A DNA stretch of 64,000 nucleotides from Spironucleus salmonicida (lineage: Eukaryota). Below are positions 57,027-64,000 of this stretch, piece by piece (positions within the stretch are counted from its first letter, which is position 1; the number at the start of each line of letters is the position of its first letter). The DNA lies in contig NC_090597.1 of assembly GCF_000497125.1 (NCBI RefSeq), positions 1,809,797-1,873,796 on the forward strand. The letters run 5' to 3'. A model generated the notes under the pieces. The model ran no database searches. It had not been told where the DNA came from and saw nothing but the letters and a program-made list of their open reading frames with translations. The translations under genes and the position numbers were made by a program.

Positions 57027-57278
57027 ATGAACTGTGCTCAGAAAGTCTCCGAAAAGGTAAATCCTTCATTAACGAATATCGTAAAATATGCAGGCGGTGG
57101 GAATGCACCGTCGCATGTCTGTGGAGCCTTGTATGCAGTTTAGCTGGCAAATCCCAGTGTATAACCGTTATTGGAGGAATAATTCTCAAAAAAAATTGGA
57201 GGTGTTGAGTGCAGTGAGCTTTATGGGAAAATATCATGCGATGAATTAGTTGAGTATGCAGTCAGTTTAGTAAAGTGA
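57027..57278 (+). CDS. C-GCAxxG-C-C family putative redox protein (83 aa)
   Basis: MNCAQKV...AGGGNAPSHVCGALYA...FSKKIGGVECSELYGKISCDELVEYAVSLVK*; stop in AAGTGA. Confidence 0.85.
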
Positions 57279-57299
57279 TGATTCATTCGTTCTCTTCTA

Positions 57300-59650
57300 A
57301 TGTCATTAGAATTCTTTTCTTTGACTTATTGTTTAACTTAATAGATTCCGAGGTGACGAACTCAATTTTCAGTAACAGAAAATTTCGCCAGAATGATTTT
57401 CTAAACCCTGGCTACTCCTATTTTTCCTGAACTTGATCTTTTTTTTTTTGTTTGGATCCTTTTGGATCAGAAATATAGTTCTCTTGAAGCTGGTTAAATA
57501 TTTTAAATAGTTTTCACTTCATCTTTAGTTAATAAATATTAGATTTGTTTATAGTATGAGCCAAATTGATATGTTTCAATCTTATTAATTATTACAAACT
57601 TACTATAGTCTTGCTTAGTGCTAAGTACATCAGGAGTATAATAATAGTTCTATTTTTCAATTTCTTAAGGTAGTACAACTATTACTTCTCTATCTTTATT
57701 AAGCAATCTTATTTATTCAACTTTGCTACATACGTTATTACTTTCAAATTTCTATTTAGTACTAGCTTTCTTATTTATCTTTATGAGTTCATTATTTATT
57801 ACTAATTCGATGAAAGCTAGGTCATCTCTTTTTCTTCAATCAGCAGTTTTGCGTTTATGAACTTCACCATTTCTTTGGTTAAAAAATGAAGGTACTATCT
57901 TTTAAATATAGATAAAAATTAACAGATATTCACTTAACTTGCTTATCAAAGTTTATAAAGATCATTGGGTCTGGTTAAATAATTATATATAAAAAACTAT
58001 ATTTGAATTAGCCTCTCTTCGAATAGTCGTTTCCAAAATAATCAATTGATCTATATACAATTCAATAAACTATTTCTATTCGAATTCTTAACTTGTTATC
58101 CTTCCAATATCCTTAAAGATATCTTTTATATGTTCTTCCTTGAGACCGTTCATTAACAAGAAAGTTGTAAACAACTATCTAAAAGGTCCATACAGTATCT
58201 TAATAGAATGTAAACATGAAATGGTTGCCCAAATCCAAGATATCTTCTTTAAAAATTAGTTTATAGAAATCAGATTCAGTTGTAGTTTGAAATACTGAAC
58301 TTCCACTCAAGTCATCTAATAATAAAACTATTTTTATATTCGTATCTAATATTTATTATAACGCAATCCAATTTATTCATACAGAATTACATATATAATC
58401 AACAACATCACCTAAGCAATCTTTCTATAAAACTAAACATTCTTAATAATATTGCTTTACCCATTCGAATTGTGAAAGTATGTTTTTAAAAACTTGAAAG
58501 AATAGTTTTTGATCTCCATTTTTAATTTCTTTATCTTTTAAAGTAGTTCGTATCTAATCTTATGTTATCAATGATAGATTTATAATGGTTTTCATTTTCT
58601 ATAATTCTTGACATAACATTAATAACTTTTATTTTGAAGTCTTCCATTCGAATCAACAAATGGTATATTAATATATTGTCTTTGGTTTTTGATTTTTAAT
58701 AAGTTTAATCACAATCGATAGTTGGACTTAAGAAGAATGTATGAGTTATAGCTCAATTGTTTAAATAAGGGTCATCTAAATTATACTTTGATAGTTTACT
58801 TTAATCTAATATGCTTAATTTATTTTATTCATTGAATACGTTTTGACTGTTCCTGCTGAACCCATAAGTCCAAAATAACCATAACCATTATTTTAATTTA
58901 GACCTCCTGGGGTCCGGACGGTTGCATCCGAGTATTTTTTTGTTTTTTATATCAAAAATTGAATTTCGTCTGATTGTATATTGTACTCCATATATTTAAT
59001 TGAAGCAAAAATAATAATAAATTAAATGAATGAATGTCACTTTAGCAAAAACCTACAAAATATATAAACTGATTCTTGTTAAACTTCTGCTTGTGATGCA
59101 ACTCTTTTACTTTCAGTTTAATTTAAAATATTAAATGATAATTAATTAGTTCTATTTGTCATATCTTTGCAAACAAATATAGTTCGATTCAAAGGCTGCA
59201 GCATTAAACTTTTAGATATTAAGATACTAATGGTTTCATCACATTAATTTGATTTTATATAAACTGTATTTAAGTGTCTAAAGAACTTAGCTGAATTAAG
59301 TTCACTTGTAAGATATCTTTTAATAATTACTGTTGTTTTTGTAATCTCCAAATCTATCTTTGTTTAATAGCTGAAACATGCATTCAAATTTATATTTTTA
59401 CTGTTGGATCAATAGTATACTTATCGAATTGTAATTTAAACTAATCATAAAACATCTTATATTCAACTTCAGGAAGGATGTGCTATTAATTATTGATAGG
59501 ATCATACGAATCTTAATAAACCAATTTAAAATATTTATAGTTTATTATTTGCAATGGTACTTTATCATTTCTAAAATCTGTTAAAATTTTATAATAAGTA
59601 ATATTTATATAGTATGTCAATATTGAACTTTATAAATTACATTACTTGTA
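57300..59650 (-). pseudogene. Decayed P-loop NTPase (family 2), copy 2; ends approximate
   Basis: GYFGLMGSAGTVKTYSM at ~58831-58881, putative Walker B VLLLDDLSG at ~58303-58329; internal TGA; homologous to 27650-28450. Confidence 0.62.
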
Positions 59651-62225
59651 AAAGATGAACATTTCAGATAGATTATCATTACCAGGGTTTAGTTACGATT
59701 AACCATGGCCCTCTTAGGGATCAGTAGCCCAATAGGAGGTTACTGTCCTTCGTTTTGCCTCCGCTAGCAATAATCCCTTTTAATTGATCCTAATTAATAA
59801 CCTCCTGTTAATTATGTTTTGAAAAAAATAGGGGCCTGTTGCCAAAAGCTGACATAGCACGATCTAGTATCTACTTTCTCTGGCTTGGAACATCCATGAT
59901 AGTGTATGATATACTATTATTTTAGTAGATAGGAGTTAGCAGAGCGAATCAGAGTAACAATAATAAAAGCAAGTGAAATTATTTGTGCAAGATGTATCAG
60001 TAGGTGCTCAGGATGTGAGATTCGCCAAGAGATGTAAAGAGATCTTACTAAATATATTATTCGTGTGGCTTTACAGGACTCTATGTATTTGAGAGGAGTG
60101 ATCCTGCTATGTTGGGCTGCTAGAGCGCTTATTTTACTACTTGTGTATTTTATAACTATACAGATATATAATATATTAGCAAGGCGCGCAGTAGGTAATT
60201 AGCTGGCATACAGAAACTAAATACAAAATAGATTTCAAAGCTTTTTCCTTAATAAGTATATTTCGATGCAGTTGGTAATAATTACAATACTAGTTTAGGT
60301 AAATATCGTTTACTCAGTATTAGACATGATCTGCATGATGTATTTAACTTAACTAATCCTGCACAGTATCAAATTTATCCCTAGCACTATGCATTAAATT
60401 GTTGCTAATGCATTCCATAGGATATAAGGTTCTGGTTTTGAGTCACAAATATGCTATGAATTATAAGAATATTAAGTATTTAGAACTAATTAGTTTTAAC
60501 CTGAGTTTTTGATCTAAAATAATGCTATATATTTGCAATATATATTAAATACTAATATTGTATACTCAGTAAACAAAAACCTACACAAGTAAATATAAAT
60601 ATAACTAAATCTGCTCATATGTATAATTTGAGTTTCCCTATATAATAACACTAGCTATGCTTATTTTTATAAAATATCATATTATATAATTTTAATTATC
60701 AGAGCAGTAATTTTAAAGCCTTAAATGTCACAGCCTCTCATCGATAGCGGAAGCGCTTTAAAAATCGAGATTTCATATTTTATTATACATTAAATTTAAT
60801 TAAAATGCTATTCCTTCAAAATGCGTTCAATAAGTTACCCAGACAATTCACAAGCGCCATTTGGCTAATGCTATCCACTACATATCGAATGTACCTATCA
60901 TACCTCCATTTATCACTATTTCATCATTTCTGATACCGCCAAGAGTAAATCCAAAGCACCCTGCAAGCCGATCATCAGAAGTTTAAAAGCAGCATCGTCA
61001 AGATGTCCCCAAACGGTACGGTTTTTAATTCTGCAAAATCGCTCATTGAACCGATTTAAAGTTGATCGATTCGTGAAATTTCAGCGGAAATTTGGTCCAT
61101 AACTGCATGGAATCTCGAGAGCGCGAGAGCGAAGTTTACACTGAAGGGAATTTTTTAGGGACGAAGTTGCATAAGCTGCACGAAATCTAGAGATTTGGGG
61201 GCGAAGAGGGCCTGCGAAAATGTGGTTATTAGGGGTGAGGAGATAGCGCTAGCTCGGTAGTCAGGACCCAGCGAGGTAGCAATATCATAATTTATCGGGA
61301 GCAGGGTTGAACTTATGCTAGCTTAGGCCTTCCACATTTTGGTGCTACGAGGCTGAGTTGCGGCTGTTGGCATAGTGAATAATGGCTTACTCTTCATATT
61401 TGGCATAGGTGGCTGCTAGTGAAGTGGGTACCACTAGTACGGTACCCCAAGTATTTCCATAGACAGCACCACGGTAGGCGTGAGTGGTACTGGGATAGTG
61501 CTTGACGACAATACAATACTATAGTATATATAGTAATAGCTTAAATGGAGTTTAATAGTATATATGCATTGGGAGTGGTGCCTATAAGGATATTTAGTAT
61601 ATACTATTGTATCTATATAATACATTACTATACTTACTAATATATATTCACTTATGAGCCCAGGTACAAAGTAGCCTAAGAAGGCTATTCTTACCTGTAG
61701 AGTACAAGCACAGGCTATGCCGAATACTGTATACATTCTATCTTTAATACCCGCATGATGCATAATCTATCAAACATGATACTCTGCAGTCTCACTCGGT
61801 ATGCTGCTTAAGACCGAAGCATAGGGATGGATGAATGTTAGATGGTAACGACGACTCGCTAGGATGAGTTTTACTGAAGAGAAGCGACGTCAGCAGAAGA
61901 TGATACTTATTGCATCTAGTAACGATAGGGATGCGTGGGATCATGCATAGAGTATGAGCTAATGTATTTTTAGGAAACTCCTATATTTACTAATAATGCG
62001 TGATAGTTAAGTAGTATTGTATATTGTTAATTCCTTACTAGCGCTCAAATACAGATAGAAAAACTACATTAGTTTATTTGATACTTTTTGTTTCGTAAAA
62101 CACTTAACATTCATTAATCATACTATTTATTAATATATAATAAAAATACATAAAGTTTTCAAAGGATAGCAAAGTATTTTATATAATAATACCCTATTTT
62201 ACATCTTACCTCTTTAACTCCTTAA

Positions 62226-64000
62226 ATGTCATCAGGTTTATCTATTGAGTTTAAAGCTCTTCCATATTCAGTTGACTAGGGTTATAATGTAATAATTAAT
62301 AAAAAGATTAAAAAGCTTAAATTTACTATAAGAGATAACGAAATTAGTTAATCTATCTAGCTTGATAGTGAATAGAAATATATTCTGTGCGCCAATGTTA
62401 GTACTAAAGAACAACTTTGTGCTGTATAAATAGTGCTACTATACAAAAAGTTAAAAAAAATTATACCAAACTGTACTATATAGCTAGTATAAAAACATAA
62501 ATTTTTTGCGTATGAGGATCTTTACTTCTGGAATAACATTGGAATTGTAGCTGCCCAAATGGGACTGAAGACCAAATCAATTAAGATATATAAAGACCAT
62601 GAAGGGGAAAATTTAACACCAGATTTAGATCTTTATCTAGCAGAGATCAATTAGTACGATTTACAATATATTTCATTTTATGATAGCTTCGACACATTGA
62701 CGATTCTAAAACCAGAAGGTATAAACAAGTGTGCTTTTCATGAAAATTTAATACTGACCTAGTTAGCTGCAATCTAATACCAGCATACAGAAAAGTACCC
62801 GTTAATATTGCCATTAGTTTTTGGATTTTCTGCATATCAGTTATATACTGACAGATTTGTTCAAATTTTTTAGAAAGCTGAAGTTGCATCAGCATAGGAT
62901 CTTAAGCATTCTATTTTAAGAAAAATATTCGAATTGTCCAATATTGTTTATAACGAACAAGTATTACCAGATAAATTTAAAGTTATGAATCTGTTCCAAC
63001 TACCTATCCACTTTATCGGGACTGGGATCAGTTTGTTCATGTTCCAGCAGCTCTGCCACGTGTCCTACCTCTTCAAGGCGGAGTATTTTGCATTATTCTC
63101 GTTGGTTAAAAATGATCTTAACGACACTCTTACGAATGCTGTCATAAGCCAGAGCTCCAGGTCTGGGAAAAGTGTAGCATTGTACACGCAGTATTTTTTC
63201 CACCTCCTGATGGGGAATGTTCCAATATTGCTTAATATGTAGGGTTCTACATTATAGCCTCTATACAAATACAAGACACACTCATTTCATCAGTAGCTAG
63301 TTGCTCAGTATAAAAATATATTCAAGTTGCAGGATTTAACGAACCTCAAGGAAACAGTGCTAGCTGATGTTTGTAAATTCCATACCTTTCAGTTGGAAAG
63401 CTTAGACTAAATGTCTTTTATTTACTAGACTATGATTATATTTATTAACAAAATTCAGGGCAACTTGTAATTAGTTCAAAAGCTAAAATACGATAATTCT
63501 ATATAGTTGCAATTCGATTAACTAAAACTAGCTTCTTTTTTCATTATAGATACTGCAAATATTATAAATGATATAGACTAAGTATTACTTGAATAACAAA
63601 GGCGAAATAATATATAATTGAAACACCCTATCATTTTGGTAGATGAGTGCTTGCAGTCATAGAAGGAGAAGTTTTCGAAATGCGTTAAGTTGTGTCAGTC
63701 GTTGTTCAAATATTACGAAGAGAAGCTGATAAAGTTAGGTAAAGATTAGTATATAGAGATACAAAGCACATTGGATAATGCAAAATTTTGGTAGATAGGT
63801 AGATTAGGAAATATCAGAAATACCAAATATCATCTAGCTATCAATGTTATTTAACAACTTCTGAACACTGACTTACTTTTAGCTGTAAAAAGGAAACTGG
63901 ATCGAATTAGTTGGAAGCTAAAATATGAATACTAGGATATTAGCTTGTACCAAACTGTTGAAAACATTTTAGCGAGTGTTTAATCACAAAATACAGATTA
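62226..64000 (+). CDS. Family-1 P-loop NTPase paralog (runs off the window end)
   Basis: FWNNIGIVAAQMGL, ILPLVFGFSAY, FQLPIHF, QQLCHVSYLFKAEYF, NAVISQSSRSGKS and IILVDECL align with 44108-51214; same ACTCCTTAA-ATG start context. Confidence 0.85.

Overview
AT-rich eukaryotic DNA using genetic code 6 (TAA/TAG=Gln, TGA the only stop), with no introns seen. This points to a hexamitid diplomonad such as Spironucleus or Hexamita (inference). The supplied standard-code ORF track is therefore mostly misleading, and all CDS below were re-read by hand in code 6. Bases 1-27.4 kb are a compact core: a NAK-like kinase, a UAP56/Sub2-like helicase, La, ornithine decarboxylase, two large hypotheticals, a pseudokinase-STAND NTPase and an SMC3-like gene. 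The core also holds a 3.2-kb inverted duplication (12847-16064 / 16409-19626) whose 344-bp spacer supplies two different in-frame N-termini to one Nup98-APD-like gene body. Bases 27.4-64 kb are a gene-poor accessory zone. It holds three members of a large P-loop NTPase family reminiscent of Crinkler/RHS proteins (an apparently intact 2368-aa gene, one cut by the window edge, one decayed) and two relics of a second NTPase family. It also holds decayed cysteine-rich surface genes, a 3.2-kb (TATTA)n array and bacterial-type genes (FAD oxidoreductase, C-GCAxxG-C-C protein, a GC-rich glycerol-3-phosphate dehydrogenase/DUF1667 fusion pseudogene). Family names come from motif recognition only; no searches were run.
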